From Octopus vulgaris (Eukaryota), in contig OX597827.1 of the NCBI GenBank assembly GCA_951406725.2, positions 29,884,001 to 29,948,000 of the forward strand: DNA of 64,000 nucleotides. Reading direction: 5' to 3'. Made by a program: the position numbers and the translations under genes. The notes beneath the pieces were generated by a model that was not told the DNA's origin, searched no databases, and was given only the letters and a program-made list of their open reading frames with translations. Shown here in pieces: positions 63,401 through 64,000 of the stretch; position 1 is the stretch's first letter, and the number at the start of each line of letters is the position of its first letter.

Positions 63401-64000
63401 GTTTGTGGCACGCACAACATCTGCGTACCTCCGCTTTGGGGCAGGTGGTGCGTGGACCTTCCCTTTTCCTTGTGTTGATGGCTTGTCCATCTGCCTCGTG
63501 TCTCTGCGGCAGGGTCCCCGATGTGCAAAGCGGCAGCCTGCACCTTCCTTTCCATGCCAGCAGGTACCTCTCAGGTAGAACCTACACACCCGTGTGCGCT
63601 GCTTGTTTCCATCCTTTGCGGTTCCACTTCCATTCCTGGTTGTTTCACCCTTTGGTCCTGCTTGAGCTTTTCCTTTAGCTCTTTCAGTCCTTCTTTTAGT
63701 TCTTCTTCCTCCCTCTACCTCTTCCCCGGGTTCTCCGTCTCCATGGCCCTTGCTGCCGGTTGGAGAACTTGCACCTGGGTTCACTTCCCGGGCAGGTTTC
63801 TCATTCAAAACCTCCTCCCGGGCGTCCACCAGGTGGGGGTGACTGCTTTCGTCGTCTCCATTCTTGCCATCTTTGCCCCGCTCGTTCTCAAAGATGGCAT
63901 CAAATGCGCCAATGTGCGACCGTACAAGCGCATAGGAGCGCACGAATTCCCGTCTCTTTCGCTCCATCTGAGCCGCTGTCCTCTTGTAGCCGTTGTTCTT
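60429..64000 (-). mobile_element. Near full-length CR1-group LINE (family A) with ORF1 and disrupted ORF2; continues beyond the window
   Basis: ORF2 pieces at 62802-63350, 60687-62669 and 60526-60792, with a deletion near 62805; intact 3' tail and (GTAAAA)n. Confidence 0.93.
63194..63967 (-). CDS. CR1 ORF1 (C-terminal part) with CCCH-type zinc finger
   Basis: CRFYLRGTCWHGKEGAGCRFAH, conserved in the 2489-5243 copy; overlaps the ORF2 frame. Confidence 0.8.
   Translation of the reverse strand: MERKRREFVRSYALVRSHIGAFDAIFENERGKDGKNGDDESSHPHLVDAREEVLNEKPAREVNPGASSPTGSKGHGDGEPGEEVEGGRRTKRRTERAKGKAQAGPKGETTRNGSGTAKDGNKQRTRVCRFYLRGTCWHGKEGAGCRFAHRGPCRRDTRQMDKPSTQGKGKVHAPPAPKRRYADVVRATNRKHDIVERAAAEQQSFLCLAQKIVQQLTWLHQTQARRWHYPLYTRQPQQTDPGWTPPATTYTSPRCSY

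Overview
Eukaryotic, repeat-saturated window with no host gene I can support. Its SINE families and microsatellite load resemble coleoid cephalopod (Octopus-like) DNA; this is from recall and is not verified. Almost all ORF-track calls are artefacts of (TA)n/(CA)n/(TACA)n tracts. The real content is nested mobile DNA, mostly inserted into (TA)n: about 11 CR1-group LINE pieces (one intact 996-aa ORF2), two Penelope-like elements (PLEs), a Tx1/L1-clade and an RTE element (both 5'-inverted), a Buster-type hAT nested in a Helitron, small Helitrons, a MITE and tRNA-derived SINEs. Main hidden signals: (1) about 14 minimal type-I hammerhead ribozyme (HHR) motifs from roughly 10 different families. 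(2) A tail-to-tail pair of 363/364-nt tandem retrozyme-like elements with a shared 3' motif and covarying structure, one of which begins exactly at its predicted self-cleavage site. (3) A tRNA-headed SINE that carries an HHR. (4) A conserved U-UUU-UU(A/G) slippery site that would fuse CR1 ORF1 to ORF2 by -1 frameshifting. (5) Two separate LINE/SINE shared-3'-tail partnerships. All coordinates and base pairings were read by eye and may be off by a few nt.
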